Assembly (NCBI RefSeq): GCF_009834535.1
Contig: NC_045696.1
Location: 91,328,001 to 91,392,000, forward strand
Origin: Camelus ferus
Taxonomy: Eukaryota
DNA: 64,000 bases
Direction of reading: 5' to 3'
The translations under genes were made by a program, and so were the position numbers. Under the pieces are notes generated by a model, which worked only from the letters and a program-made list of their open reading frames with translations, searched no databases and was not told the origin of the DNA. Shown one piece after another: positions 40,291 to 54,399 of the stretch (the stretch's first letter is position 1; each line of letters starts with the position of its first letter).

Positions 40291-41059
40291 GAAAGAAGGT
40301 CGAGCTGGAGCTTGCAATTGGACAGAAAACTCCATCACTTCCTGTCTCTAAGGGTGCACGATGGTGTAAGAGTCTACACACTTACCCTCTTCTGTTATGT
40401 ATTCAATAATATCAGTCCACCATGCAGAGTTCACATCAGGCCAGCTTTCCAAATTGAAGTGATGGGCCTATTTTTCACATTTAGATGTTTTGAAGGGTCA
40501 TATTATTTCTCAATAAAAATGAGTAGGTATTTGAGAGAGAATTAAAATAGAGGAATGGAGGGAAATTTGGGGAAAGCTAAAATGGATTTGGAAGTTATTT
40601 GAATTGAAAAGGGAGAGATGAAACGATGTGTTCTATTGTGTACAGAAAGAGAGAAAGCTTGTAGGGGGAAATTAATTGGAGGATAACTTGAAACATTTCA
40701 CAAATTTTGCTGAAATATCAGCAAAAAGTCAACCTTGACTTCTAATGAACTTAGAAACTGAAATAGCCTGAAATTTGAACCCACTTGCATGTGAATAATT
40801 AAACTCCTTCAGACTCACACTGCTCCCTGTGTATCTGTGATAGTACAAACCTGCTTGATTTTAGCACATTTGCATATCTGCCTTGTCCACAGGATTCTCA
40901 TCTCCAAGGAAGAAGGTATTGCAGAGGACTTTACAGCCTCATTCCTCAGCACACACTGTGGCACACCCATTTGCTAAATGACCAACTTTGTCTTTTGTAG
41001 GTCCTTGGAATGATAACTTTCCAGAATATTATTTAACATGAAGGTTTTCTTTCAAACAG

Positions 41060-41275
41060 GATTACCAAACCAATAACAATGACCAGGCAGTGGTTGAAAT
41101 CTGTATCACTCGAATTACAACAGCCATCAGAGAGACAGAGTCAATTGAAAAGCATGCAAAGGCTCTTGTGGGGCTCTGGGATTCCTGCTTGGAACACAAC
41201 CTGAAACCCTCTGGGAGAGACGAAGACACTCCTCATGCAAAAATCGCATCTGATATCATGAGTTGCATTTTACAG
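41060..41275 (+). CDS. VEPH1: VEPH1 second coding exon (aa 47-118)
   Basis: Acceptor ttttctttcaaacag|GAT and donor CAG|GTATGT. 216 nt encoding [72 protein letters not shown], in frame with the previous exon. Confidence 0.96.
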
Positions 41276-41708
41276 GTATGTCAGTGTTCAGCATCGCACT
41301 ATTTGATACTGGCTTGGCAGCTTAGGTGAACACATGGTATTTCTGAACCAAGAACCAGTGTTTCTGTAGTGTTCAGATACTGTAAAAAGACACCACAAAC
41401 CATCAATAGCTAAGCCAGGCAGGTTGATAACTAATAAACCAAGAAAGTTCTACCGAGCCCCTGCTTTTATGCAAGATGCACTGTGGCGAATTCAAAGTGA
41501 CACCACAGCAAACTCTGATCTGTTTGGAGAGAGAAGATGTGTACATATAAAAAGCTAACAGTAAAGCACTGTGTGTCAAGATCCCAATGAGGAATATTGA
41601 AAAGTTCAGAAAAGGAGTCCTCTTTCATCCAAGGAGACCAAAGAGAGGGTGGAGTCTGAATTGAGGGATGGTGAGCTTGGAATATGTGGAGAAAACTAAG
41701 TCATTTTT

Positions 41709-41816
41709 TTTTAAATCCACTTGTTTGATGGTGCTGTTTTTGTTTGTTTGTTTAATTGAAGTATAGTCAGTTTACAATGTGTCTATTTCTTGTGTACATC
41801 ACAATGTAGATGACTG
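41709..41816 (-). mobile_element. Short L1 3'-end insertion with a 15-bp TSD
   Basis: attgaagtatagtcagtttacaatgtgtc is an antisense L1 end related to the copy at 7746. TSD aactaagtcattttt at 41694-41708 and 41817-41831. Confidence 0.8.
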
Positions 41817-42069
41817 AACTAAGTCATTTTTAAGTACATTGCTATATGTATTGTGAATTTTCCATGATAGTAATATTTGCCTGTTATCATCATGTTTAAA
41901 TTCTTCTCTCCAGTGTAAATATCAATTTGGAACTTTGGTTCAGCCACAAACTAATTATGTAAAATTGAAATGTTGGGCAAGTCACATAACTTCTAAGCCA
42001 CAGTTTCCTCCCTATAAAATGCAGATGAAATGACATTATCTATGACAACTTTTATCAACCAGTAATGTT

Positions 42070-42335
42070 GACAGGTGTTTCCCTAAAAAGAATTCTGTGG
42101 TCAAATAAGTTGACCAATACTGAATTGACTTTTTCCCTTCTGAGCTGTCACAATGTTTCATAGCATATTAAAGGCTCTGAAAAGTCCTGCAATATAGAAA
42201 GCTGGTTAACTTTGTTTAGAACAGCATTTTGCAGTGTAGTTTGACTGTGTAACTTCCTTTTCCGTCTCATCCCCAACACAACATTTATGAACATCCCTCA
42301 GAACTACTGTTCTACTGAGCACAGGTCAGGAATTT
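42070..42335. mobile_element. hAT-Charlie MITE (MER112-like)
   Basis: gcatattaaaggctctgaaaagtcctgcaatatagaaagctggttaactttgttta motif; family from recall. Confidence 0.5.
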
Positions 42336-42629
42336 CCAGTTATGTTAAAGTATTTAGCACTGTGTGTAGCAGTGAGTGTTAGCTTCCTTTGTTCTGTTTT
42401 TTTTCTCACAGTTGCATATGCTTAACTGGAGCATATTGCATTTTGTCTGCTCAGTTCAGGGACTGGTCAACTGAGCAAAAGACTCTACACACACTGTCAC
42501 ACTGTTTTTCCTTTGTCCCCAGACAGGGATGGGAGGGGAAGAAATGGGGATTTCAGCAAAATTAATGGAAGATTAATGCTGCTGGAAATAACAGCAAAGA
42601 TCTAATATACCTGTTCTTCATTGATTATT

Positions 42630-42847
42630 TTTTTATCTTGAATATTTATTAATTTTTAAAATTTCATTTATTTTTATACAATTTTTAAAGGTTACACTCT
42701 ATTTATAGTCACTACAAAATATTGGCTATATTCCCTGGGTTGTATGATACATCCTTGTAACCTCTCTTTCACACAATAGTTTGTATCTCCTACTCCACCC
42801 CTGTGTTGCCCCTCCTGCCCTTTCCCCACTGGTAACCACCTAGTTTG
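42630..42847 (-). mobile_element. L1 3'-end fragment
   Basis: aaaatattggctatattccct...ccttt(c)cccactggtaaccac. TSD ttgattatt at 42621-42629 and 42848-42856. Confidence 0.75.
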
Positions 42848-42999
42848 TTGATTATTCTTGACTTTGTTGCTGACATATGTCAGAAACATAGATTATTTCA
42901 CTCCAAAGTGCTGCTCCTCAGACATTCAGACAGAAATTCACAAACCAGCCTCATTCTCTAGCTTCCCCTGTGATTTCAAAACCACTGGTCTAGACTCCA

Positions 43000-43320
43000 G
43001 CCACACTATCCAATAGAGATAAAATGCAAGCTGGAAACACGAGGCACACATGGAATTTAAAATTTTCTAGTAGCCACATTAAAAAGAAGTGAAAAGAAAC
43101 AGATGAAATTAATTTGATTTATGTTTTCCTTAATCCAGTATATTCAAAATAATATTATTTCAACATGTAATCAGCATAAAAATTAATGGGATGTTTTACT
43201 CGTTTTGTATACTAAGTCTTATAAATCCGCTGTGTGTGTTAGCACATCTTTCTTTGCAGTAGTCACATTTCAGGAGCTCAGTAGCTTCACGTGGGTAGAG
43301 GCTCCTGTGTTAGCATAGTT
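43000..43320. mobile_element. hAT-Charlie MITE (MER33-like)
   Basis: tccaatagagataaaatgcaagc...aaattttctagtagccacattaaaaa...tttcaacatgtaatca. Confidence 0.75.
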
Positions 43321-45599
43321 CTAGAGAGTCAGCATGGATTTCTGGATGGAGATCAAACTTGAAAGGGTTTGAAGCAATTATCAGAAATTTTACCAGGTAG
43401 GAAAGGTGGAGTGAGAAGACATTCTAAGCAGACAAAACAGATTGTACAGAAGTCCAGATTTATGAAATGAGACCAAGGTCAGAGAACTTTGAACAGGCTG
43501 CCTTTCCCTAATGCCCTAAATTCTAGCATAAAGGAATGTTTCATCCTGGGTAAGACATTATGTGTCCTACTTTAAAAGAGGTTGGTTGGGAGCAAATAAA
43601 AATGTGAAACTCACTGCTGATCAACGACTCAGTGTGAATGAATTTTTTAAGATTATTGAGAGCAGGGCCCTAAGGCAAACACTGATATTTCGGGGAGACA
43701 GAGAAAACAGTTAAGGGTTAGGTGTCTTGGTTGAGAGGGACACGTGAATCACAGAAGTGGGTGATTCCAGCCTGTAGGGCCAGAGTGGACACAGGGTGTC
43801 TATCATGTGCCCTCTGAGATGGCAGAAGGCATCAGAGTAGAAGTCAGAAAGCCGTAAATGTGAACTTGCCTTTTTTCAGAGCGAAGTACAGCAATTTGTC
43901 CAAGCTACCTTTCGGGATGTCATCCCAGAAGGTCACTACCCATGAACCAAAGACAAGGCTGTGGTCGCAGCTTTGGCAATTAGCTTTCATCAAATTTAAG
44001 GGGACCTTTTTGACTTGCAGTAAATATTGAAAAGATTTTGTCCTGTTTGCAAAGTAGGCTCTTGTGGGAACCATGTAGAAACCCAGATGATTTATTCTGT
44101 TGTTTTTTTCAGTAAAATAAAACAGTAGATCAACTGTAAAGTCAACCATTTAGCATTTTTAGCTACACAAATGCAAAGATTTTCTCTCCACCCACCCCGC
44201 CTCCCAAGATAAGTGACCCCAGCATCACTCTCTAATCAGGCAAGGGCCCACCAGTTCTTCTGCCCACACTCTTGGCCACTTTCTTTTCTGGCCACTTCTC
44301 TATTATTTCAAGCTAAATATGTTCACAGATACACACAAAAAGTCTTTCTTTCTCCCTTAATTTCCTTTTTAAACCTACACTCAAACCTACTTCAAGTGAC
44401 CATTTCTCTTCTACTTTTAATTAGTAATTATATTGAATTCTTTTTTTTATTGGGACCTAAATGTATGAACTTGCAACATTTACTTAAAATACTTTTAAAA
44501 TTCCAGAATTTACCTTCTATACCTTCCTCAAGACAAAATCTGTACATGTGTGTGGCGTGCACTTGTGAGTTCTACTGTCTTTTGCCTTGGATGATACTCT
44601 TCTATCAACCTACGCTGTGTCCTGAGACAAGTCTCTCAGCCTGCCATCTATATAACAAAGGAGTGAGCCAGGTGATCTCTCAGCTCACCTCCCACACTGA
44701 AATTCTGACTCCTTTAGGAGATGCTGAGAGGTAGAAGAGCAAAAGGCTTTAGAGCTTGAAGGCCTTAAAGTCAGATGCTCTTGGCCTCGTATCAGTGGGA
44801 GATTGGCAAATTATTTCATCTCTCCAAGCCTCTGTTCTGCCGTCTGTAAAACGGGCATAACAATACTTGCTGCTCATGAAGAACAACTTTTATTATAAAG
44901 GCAATCTCCATTTATGATCTAGCCACTATCTGGAAATACCTATTTCAAACCACAGCTTTCTCTGATCAGGTTTCTCTATGGAGTTGGCCTGTTTCTTTGT
45001 TTCTGGAAAAATCCTGAAAAAGAAGATACCCCAACAAATCACATTATATTCTAGGACAAACCCAAACGTGGAGAGGGTTGAAGAAAATAAAAATGTACCT
45101 CAAGGAGGTTTTACTTGCTGACATAGCTGATGTGCTAGAATGAAATTCTGGAGAACTGACAGGCCAACCATCATGACGTTAAGAGCCAATGCCAGGTTTT
45201 ATCCTCACTCTACTAGTTACAGCCTCTTCCCCAACCAAATCACTTAGCAGGGCCGTTGCCAAATAAGCTCTGCCTTTTGTCTCTTCCTCCATGTCTGCTC
45301 ACGCTGTTGACGATCCTTTGTGGAGGGAGATAGCCAAAGGGGGAAAGGAGGGAGGAATTGAAATAGTCCCCAAAGCCACTGTTGGAAAATCAGAAAGTAT
45401 CTGTTTTCCCTTTTTTATACAAGGGCCCCACTGTCCATTCACCTTGATTCTACACTTCAATTTTCTTATTTCCTCTTTCCCAGTTAATGCCGTATGAAGA
45501 TTCAAAAACTATCCCTGGCTGGCGTTGCATGCAAGTGGCTTGGACAGTTTTGAGAGCATTTCCTTTGCAACTCCTAGAGGCACGACTGGTTATGTTGAT

Positions 45600-45830
45600 C
45601 TGGAATTTTATTCTGTAGGCAATCCCAGCTCTACTGTTTACTGGCAGTGTGATCTTGGGCATTTCATCTCTCTGTGCCTTACATTTCCTCATGTATAAGA
45701 GGCAGATGATAAGAGTAGCTGCTTCATGAATTTGTTGTGATGATTAGATGAATAGACACTAGATAATAGACATAACATATTTAGAACACAGGAAGTGCTG
45801 CATGAGTATTAACTCTGGTTGATATTATCA
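45600..45830 (+). mobile_element. MIR SINE
   Basis: aatcccagctctactgtttactggcagtgtgatcttgggcatttcatctctctgtgcct. Confidence 0.7.
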
Positions 45831-48800
45831 TCATGATCATCATCTGCAGGAAACTCTAAAATAACACTAACACTTCGTAACAAGCTACTCGTTTAATCAC
45901 TTATTTTAGCCATTCATTGCCTGCCTCCCCTTCCCCAAAACAGAAGCTTTGTTTTATTCACTAATGTGGTCCCAGCACCTAGAACAGTGAGTGGCCCATA
46001 GTAGGTGCTCAAAATAAAATGCATTGAATGAATTAATGAACAGACAAATGAACACGAATAGTTCGGGGGACCTGATAGTCTTCTGGTTTCTGCAAGCTGT
46101 GCTTCTCCCCAGAGTGGGCTCTAGTACTAATTCCTCACTTAATGCCGCACAAGACAGTGGCATGAAATGGGAAGAGGCTGACACACCTCTCTGCCCCCCC
46201 ACCCCAGGTTCCTGAATCCCACTGCCTTATTGCCTGTTAGAAAATATGCTGGGAAAACTTAGGTGAATGTATCATTTAGATTTTCTATATAACCAGGCTG
46301 CTAAGAACCAAGCATTTTATATGTAAATCCAAAATTTGATTATCTGATCCATGATGGGGGATGAAAAACCAAAAATAGCCATTTTAATATATGGTGTTTA
46401 ATATTTCTTGAGATTACTCTTTAATGGCTCTTAGTTGAATTCAAGTCCTGAGAACCAAAGAGCTTTTTAATTGCTATCACCTCAGATATATATCTCTTTT
46501 ACTTAGCTCTTTTCTTTTCAATTTTGAAACACTGGGAAACCTTCCCAAAGTGCATTTTCCAAAGGAAAATCTCCACCAAGAGCTCAAATGGTGCTAATCT
46601 AGTTAAGAAATATAATTCTTGGCATCTGTAGGACAAAGCCCTCTTGTTTTGCTCCTATTGCTGAATGTAACTGTCCCCATGAGCAAGTCTTTATTTCTAC
46701 CCTGTACTTCACTGAATTTGTTCCCTGAGTACTGAGCACTAAATGGTGTGTAAGATGATACACACCCCATCATGCTCACGTCTGCACAGAGGGGCAAGAT
46801 CTATCATAAGCTCTGGCATTGACAGTTGCTGTTAAAGTGGCTTATTTGTGCAAGCAGTCATAGGGCTTTCTCTGCATGTGTACCGTTAGCATTCCTCTGA
46901 TCCAAATAATCCTAGAGATAAAGTAATTTCAGGGACCAGAGTTCTACTGCACTAGCAACTCTTTTTGCTTCACCTGAGAGCAAAGCTCAGCTGTTAGAAG
47001 GGAGTTTGTGTGGTACCTGTCAGATCCGTGGGATGCAGGTCTGTCTAGCCTCATCTTGGCCTTTCAGCGCCTCATATCCTGTTGCTGTCAGCAGTGCCCA
47101 TGGCCTCTTGAAGCACTAGGGACCGTCTAGACGCTTAGAGATTGAGCGTCTTTGGTGGCAATTCCTTGCTGTTTATGTGAATTTTTGCTCTTTGCTTAAT
47201 GTTTCACTTCTCTTGTCATTTGAGAGATTTCCAGATGACATATGTGGGAGGAAAACAGAAAAATTGAGTATGAAAGTTTTGTGTTTTTTTTTAACAATGA
47301 CATTATACGTTTTAAAAATTTTTTATAACTTTCACTTGGAACCACACATCAAAGACTTTAATAGCTGCCCTTATTTTTCTCTAGGGCATCTAGAATTTAA
47401 AAAAAAAAATATGACAAAACTGGGTAAGATGGCCTGTTGTTTCATTGTTGCTTGCAAGTGTTAGCTTATTCCCAGGGTTTAAAACATTAGCTGCTGTGAA
47501 TACTGATTTTCATTGATCTTTTACTATGCCTGTCTGTGTTCACAATTAGTGGGGAACAATTAGTGGGGCAGTTGAACTTCCAGATGCCGCCATCGTGGCT
47601 TCTCAGCAAGTTATAGGTAAATGTGCTTGGAGATATATTTCTCTAATGGAAGACATGTACTTCTCCAGCTGTAAGTTGTTCTTGACTAAAGACTCAGAGA
47701 AGATAAAGTAAAGTTGAACGTGATATTCTTTGTTGGAAAGCTCTGAGAAGAATTGTGTGATTGTGTTCCAGTCTCAAAACTAAGGCTTTGACCAGCCATG
47801 ACAGGAACAAAGATATGTCATGTAAAAAGTAAACTAACAAAAAAAGATCTACATGAGATTGGGGCAACCCAAGAAATTTATATGCTAGACTGAGGGATTT
47901 GGGAAACAATGTTCTAATTGAGATAACTAAAATGTAACCTCAAGGGAGCAGCATACACTATGATTACAATGGAGAAAATGGACAAATCAATTGGCCTTCC
48001 TAAACACCACATATCTGAAGAGTATGGCAACAAAAAGAGGATGCTCAATGTGGGGGTCATTATTTTGGCACATTTACCCTGCAGTGTCTTGGAGGAGGCA
48101 GGGGTGGAGACTGAATCTGATGGACAGAAAAGTTCCAGTCACCAGAGGTACCACCGGTGTGGCTTTGGCTGTAGGGCAGGACTATTATTTCAGTTAGGTT
48201 TTGCCATGGCCTAGATGAAATATCCCTCAGGAAATTCCTTTGCTCTAATCTGATCTTGTGCCCATGAGTGAACATTCTGGTTAGTAATCTGCCTCCTGAT
48301 ATCCTGATAATGTGAAAAATCCTGACATGAAAAGACTCTCACTGTGGAAGAGTAAATTGGCATACCTGATCATGCACCAGCCTTTTGGAAATCCCTTGGT
48401 GTGAGTTATCCTCAGTAGATCCAAGCAATCCTGTAAGGCCTGACCAAGTACATGCCCAGACTTCTAAAGCTGAAGGGCAGGGAAGCAGCCAGCATCTCAG
48501 GGATGCCTCATAGCTCATCACATCAGTAATGGCCCTGTCTAATCAGACCCGGTTAAATTCACCAGGAGGGAAGATACTAGAAAAGGCTGTCTGGTATGAG
48601 AGAAATCTGACTGCAAGCCATGGTCCTGAATCTTAGATGGTGCTAGGAACTCTAAGGATAGGACAGAAACATAGTGAGTGGAACTGCTATATAAACACAT
48701 GATTTGTCACCAAAGAATAGGGTCAGAGCTTTCATGATGGTTGACTTCATGGTGGGACATCAGCTTGGGTTGTTGAATACCTATTTTCTCAGCTTAGGAG

Positions 48801-50049
48801 TCTAACTCTTGAATCTGAAAAATGGGTGGAACTACAGAAATGGATTAAGGATTTATCAGGTCTATTTTTGTTCTAGAGACTGGGGGAGAAAAAGCTTAAG
48901 CACAAGAGACTCAAATGGCTCATTTGGAAAAATTTAGGAATAGAATTGGCTTTGGGCACAGCCTAATGCATGGGGCTGGAATAATGTCACCGGGTTTCTC
49001 TTGTCTTCATGTTGATAGATCTATGCTGCCTTGAATCTCATACAGATTCTTTCCTCCTGAGCTCACAAAATAGCGGCAGCTACTCTCAATCTTCCATTCT
49101 TAACTCTTTGAATACAGCAGGAGAGAGAGAAGCTCTTTCTCAGAACCTTTTAATGACTCCTCAATTATAATTGGAAAACTTGCCCATCCATAAACATATC
49201 ATTTGGAAATGTGATTCTCTGGTTTGTCGACGTCTGAGTCATTTGACTGCCCTTGAAGCTAAGGGTGCAAAATCCTTCATTAGAAGTACCTGGGACGTGG
49301 TCATGGGAGTCATATCTGCTAAGGAGCGTGTAACAACTCACCTTTCCAATCAGCTAGCCCTGAAAATGGATGGCACTGGAGGCCATTGCTGGCAGTTGGT
49401 GGCCCAAGCAAGAAGATGGGAGTGAGTGGTCCCCTTCCCACACCTGACTCCCCCTTCCTTCTCCCCACCACATTATGTTCCCGATCACAACTATCACTAT
49501 AGATTTGCATTTTCTTCATTAGTTAATCAGCTTGACAAATGTTTATTGAACACCTGCCATAAACCTAGAATTGTGGGAGATAGTAGAGGGGATAATCTAC
49601 CGGTAGAAAGATATAAGCACTTTTCACATGAACAGTTAGAAAAAGCAACCACTTTTTATTTCTAAGATAATGATATAAAGTTAGATACGTTGTGCACTGT
49701 GCAACTTTTGCTTGATAGCCTAAGGGGTGGGGTTGATGGTCAGAATGGTTAATAGTAGGAAGGACATACCATTCATTTTTAAGAAAACAGTTTTTATTTT
49801 CCAAGTATTACTCCCTAATTAGGTAATTAAATGCTGGTAGCACTGTTTTTGTGTAAGGATATTGATGTCAGTTACAAAGTATATCAAAAAAGAATTATTT
49901 TAGACCCAGAATTCCCTCAGTTTTTAGTCTTATGTTCATTAATTTTTCTCCCCCTTTGAATTTCACTAAGCCAAAACTTTAGTTTCTAAGATACAGTCAG
50001 AAAGCAATATGTAATGTATGTAACATTCTATGGATTGTTTTCTCAAGTA

Positions 50050-50605
50050 TAAATATGAGTTGTTCCTCTTATCAGTGACTCCTAATCACCCTAAAGATCA
50101 ATTCCAAACTCCTTAGCAGGTGCCAGACCTGTAACTGTTTCTGTCTCCAGTCCCTTCTCTGACCCCTCCACCCCAGTTTCCCCACATGTATCCCACATCA
50201 TCCCTACCGAACTATTTACAGTTCCCCATATGCACAAGTTCTCCCACCTGTCTGCCTTCACACATGCTTTTCCTCCTGTCCACGCCTTTCCTAGTCATGA
50301 CTCAGCCATCTCCAGTTCACCCACCAGGTCTCAGCTAAGACATCATCTCCTCCAGAAAGTCTTTCTTGACACTCCCTTGAGACTGGATTAAGTGCTCCTT
50401 TTGTGCTCCCTTATACCCCTGACCTTTCCTTATCATGGCCCTCATCAGCCTAGGCTCTTAACTGCTTGTGTGCCTCTAAGTCTCCCTAACAAGAACAAGA
50501 GCTCTCTGAGTTCCCAAACACTAGAAAACAGGGTGGGGTCTATGTTTTCACAGCTGCACTCTGGGAGCTTAGCTCAAATATTTTTTGGATGAATGAATAA
50601 ATTGA
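50050..50605 (+). mobile_element. L2 3' fragment ending about 45 nt upstream of the VEPH1 exon acceptor
   Basis: tccaaactccttagc, tctcagctaagacatcatctcctccagaaagtcttt, and a terminal tggatgaatgaataaattgaa. Confidence 0.65.
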
Positions 50606-50649
50606 AGAAGGAACCACTTGTTATTTGTTGTTCTCCTATATTTTCTCAG

Positions 50650-50824
50650 AATTACAACCGGCCCCCTGTGATGGCATTAGCCATCCCCATTGCAGTGAAG
50701 TTCCTCCACAGGGGCAACAAGGAACTGTGCAGGAATATGTCCAACTACCTGTCCCTGGCTGCGATCACCAAGGCGGACCTCCTGGCCGATCACACAGAGG
50801 TTATTGTAAAGAGCATACTCCAAG
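50650..50824 (+). CDS. VEPH1: VEPH1 third coding exon (aa 119-176 plus 1 nt)
   Basis: Acceptor ttttctcag|AAT and donor CAAG|GTATGA. 175 nt encoding [58 protein letters not shown](G). The remaining exons lie beyond the window. Confidence 0.96.
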
Positions 50825-51239
50825 GTATGATGCGAAGGCTGAGCTTGGGGACATGTTTTAGGAGTCCTTTTAGAGTATTTCCATGAAGCAGTTGCAGTTT
50901 ATGGAAAATGAGACTTAAAATGAGTATCAAGAGGTACATCAGATTCTCTGCTCTGCCACTAGATGGCTGGAGAACATGGCTAAGGTTACTTGAGCTGGCT
51001 GAGTCTGTGTCTCTTCACCAGGCAGATGAATTATGTGGAATGTGTCCCACTGCTCTCAGTGGCAGATGGAAAAGCTCTTTACCCTTTGTTTTACAAAAGC
51101 ACAAAATGCTAGATAAAATACACCAGAGAATGTGTAAAGATGTCTTAAATGTGAACATGATTTAGGGCTGATTTATAATTGTGTTAAATATTGCCATAAA
51201 ACATCAAATCAGGGCATCTCTGTTAATGGTTTCTTATTT

Positions 51240-51377
51240 GGTTTTTTTGTTTTTTGTTTTTTGAGGAGGAGGTAATTAAATTTATTTATTTTTTTTTAGA
51301 AGGGGTACTGGGGATTGAACCCAGGACCTCATGCATACTAAGCATGAGCTCTAGCACTTGAGCTATACCCTCCACCG
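51240..51377 (-). mobile_element. tRNA-derived SINE (camelid Vic-1-like)
   Basis: gtactggggattgaacccaggacctcatgcatactaagcatg...gagctataccctcc. Perfect 16-bp TSD taatggtttcttattt at 51224-51239 and 51378-51393. Confidence 0.9.
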
Positions 51378-54300
51378 TAATGGTTTCTTATTTAATGAAA
51401 GAGATCAAGTTAGTCCAGTCAGAATATTTTCTTTGCCTTTTTTTTTTTTTTCTTTAGTTTTAGATCTACCAGAAACCATTCTTTTGGTTTGGGATCAAAG
51501 AACAATATATAGCATTATTTGATATGTACCCAAACATCCCCAGCCCTCCTTAATATAAATCTATGAGGTCCATGAGTGTCTTGGTCCACATTTGACTGCC
51601 ACATGCCTCCCATGTTCAATTTGAGCATCAACCCTCTGCAAAGTACTCCCAGACCTTGTATTTCTTAGAGGCCTCAGTATTCTTTTCTGGGCACAGCATA
51701 GTGTGGTGATGTCCATCTCTACCACCTCAGTCCCAGCAAACTCTGTGACTGCTACCCTGGAGGTCCCAGAAATGGACTCGACTCCACACTGCTCTGCCCA
51801 GGATGGCAGCCTCTCTGTCCCTTTGTGTTGCCTACCCCTGAAGTTTCAGAAGCCACGAGTCCTCAGTCTACCAATTTCATGCGGTGGCCTGAGGCAAGAT
51901 AAGGAAGAACACTGTGTTTCGTCTTGGTGTTACACCTTGGTAGAGAGCCAGAGCAAGTTTGCTTGGCCCCCAGTGTCAAACTGTGGTACTGAGTTTGCAG
52001 TAAAATATATTCTGTTTTATCTAAAACTCTATCTTCCCTGGCCTCAGCTATCCATCCAAGAGCCAGATTAGCAGCAGATTAGTCCAGTTCTCAAAATGCC
52101 TACAGCCCAACAAGGGTTAAGGTTTTGTTCATGGTACCAGATATTCCTAAGAAGAGTTCTTAGTACCCACCCCCCAACCCTGGATCTCTGACCAGCCACC
52201 CCAGTGGTCTGCCAGATGCTCAGATTTGTCTGAACCTCAGCCACAACAGTGGGAGTTTATCACTCTACCTATGCTCCCTTCTAAAGATTTGTCATTGATA
52301 TTATTAGTTGATGTCATTCATTTCTTATTTTCTTTGGCTACAGGATTGAATTGCTAATTTCTCTTTATACATGATACTAAATTTGCTAAAAGTCCACTTT
52401 ATTCACCACCTTGGCTACATATTTGATACAGATTTTATAGAAATTTTAAACACTTATACATGCCACACATTTTAAAACCATGATAGTTAGACTTGTAAGT
52501 AACTGATTTATGAGAAAAAGAATTGAATTGTCTCTTTGCAGCTGCCAGGAACTTAGCTTATGTTTTGTTTTGTTTTTTTTAAAATGCACTTTCAATGACA
52601 AAGAAATCTTTTGAAACGCAAAATACACTTTCTGAATTCACTGCAAGCATTTGAAATAAACAAATGATTAAGTTTATTTGATCTGGCACTATGAAAATTA
52701 CCATAAAATAAATGACAATTTGACCTATAAAATGTTGGGACTGAATATTTCAGGGTTTAGATTTTTAGGACTGATGTGTTTCTACAATTCCACAGTCACT
52801 CGCATAAGCCCATCAAACTTTGAGCAGCAAAGCAGAAGGAATCTTGGTGTCTCAGAGTAGTAAGTTTTCTGCTGTACAAATCTTTGTCGTATATCCCTGT
52901 CCTAACAGCCTTAGAAGCCATCACTGGGATTTCTTTTTTCTTTTATTTTCTCCCCTTTACATCTTTCTCCTTGACTTATACTGTCCTAACCCTTATTCTC
53001 TCATTCTTCAACTTCTACAGAAAATGCTAAAGTGTTACAGTTATTTGATTTGCTCTAAGTTTTTACAAGACTAGAATTATAAAATTGTAGAATCCTAGGC
53101 TGACACATTAAACATGATTTAGCCCAGTTACCCAGGAAATGCTTGAATCCCCACCAAATGGTCATGCATTCAATGATAACAATAATGATTGTAATAACAA
53201 TAATAACTACAATGGCTAGAATTTATTTCATGCTCTCTTTATGCCAAATACTGTACTAAGCACTTTATACCAATTACATTATTTAATCCCCAAAAGAGTT
53301 CCTTAGCAGAAGTCCTATTATTATCCCATTTTACCAATCAGTTACATTTTAAGTAACAAGAATCTGAGGTATAAATGGCTTGATGATGAAAAGGAAGAAG
53401 AGAAGGAGGAGGAAAAGGTGGAAGGGAGGGGAGGAACTCCTCATTGGAACATAAGACTGAAAGTGCATGAGTGTATCAGACTTCCCAAATGGCTGGATTC
53501 AGGACTCAGTGGTGGTCCCAAAAAGTCATTACACAGTTGTTCTTCCTGTGGATTGATTTCACTTTCTGTTCCATGAAATGGGCCTCTGCAGCTTCCAGCT
53601 CACTTCATCATGAATACCAATTAAGAAAAAGAAACTCCATGTTCAGTCTCATTGTCTCTGTTTGACCTGTCATGGGCCACATGCCCATTTCTGAACCAAT
53701 TTATCATTGTTGCCAGGGGATACAGTACTTCAGCTGGCCAGGCTTGGATTATAAGCCACCCTCAAAGTAGGACATGGGAGTAAACTGCAGCAGAACCACA
53801 AGGATGGGGAGTAAATAACCCCCAAATCCAGAACTGTTTCCAACAGTATTGTAAATTAATACTGGGCACCAAAAAGTAGCCTTATGTAAATATTTGCTTT
53901 TATCCCTTTATCTTTCTTCTAAAGAGATTCAGCTCATTGCTTTGGCATGCCAAGATCTTACTGATAATGATCTTTTCATCTCACTATATCTGCAATTCTT
54001 ACAAGGTTCTTGTCATCTGTAAATTTTACCTTCATTTTAAAACACTAATGAAAAAGTAGACTAGATGGAACCAGGCAAGCCTTGTGGTATACCATGGGTG
54101 ACTGCCTCTTACACTTGGTTGATGTTATTCCATTGATCGTATTTTTTCAATTGTATTCTATACATGACTGCCTCTAATTTCAAACCAAATGCCTCCTTTA
54201 AGTTTATGAATCAAACATGACAGACTTTTTCAGTTGGGCTTATATATTTATCCCTGAAGCCTAGTTCCAAACCAATCTTTACTACTTCCCATGATTAATG

Positions 54301-54399
54301 ACTGTATATAAGTGATAATATTTACCTTCACATTAAATGTAAATACAAATTCATTTATTCAAATTTCCTAGACTACATTTATCTATTTTGTGTGCTCTG

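Noticed and set aside
41276..41329. Read-through of the second coding exon ([17 protein letters not shown])
   Set aside because: The donor CAG|GTATGT is good and there is no other support; a short open frame is expected by chance.
44213..44734. 173-aa ORF
   Set aside because: Non-ATG start, overlaps MIR-like sequence at its 3' end, and has no recognisable homology or exon structure.
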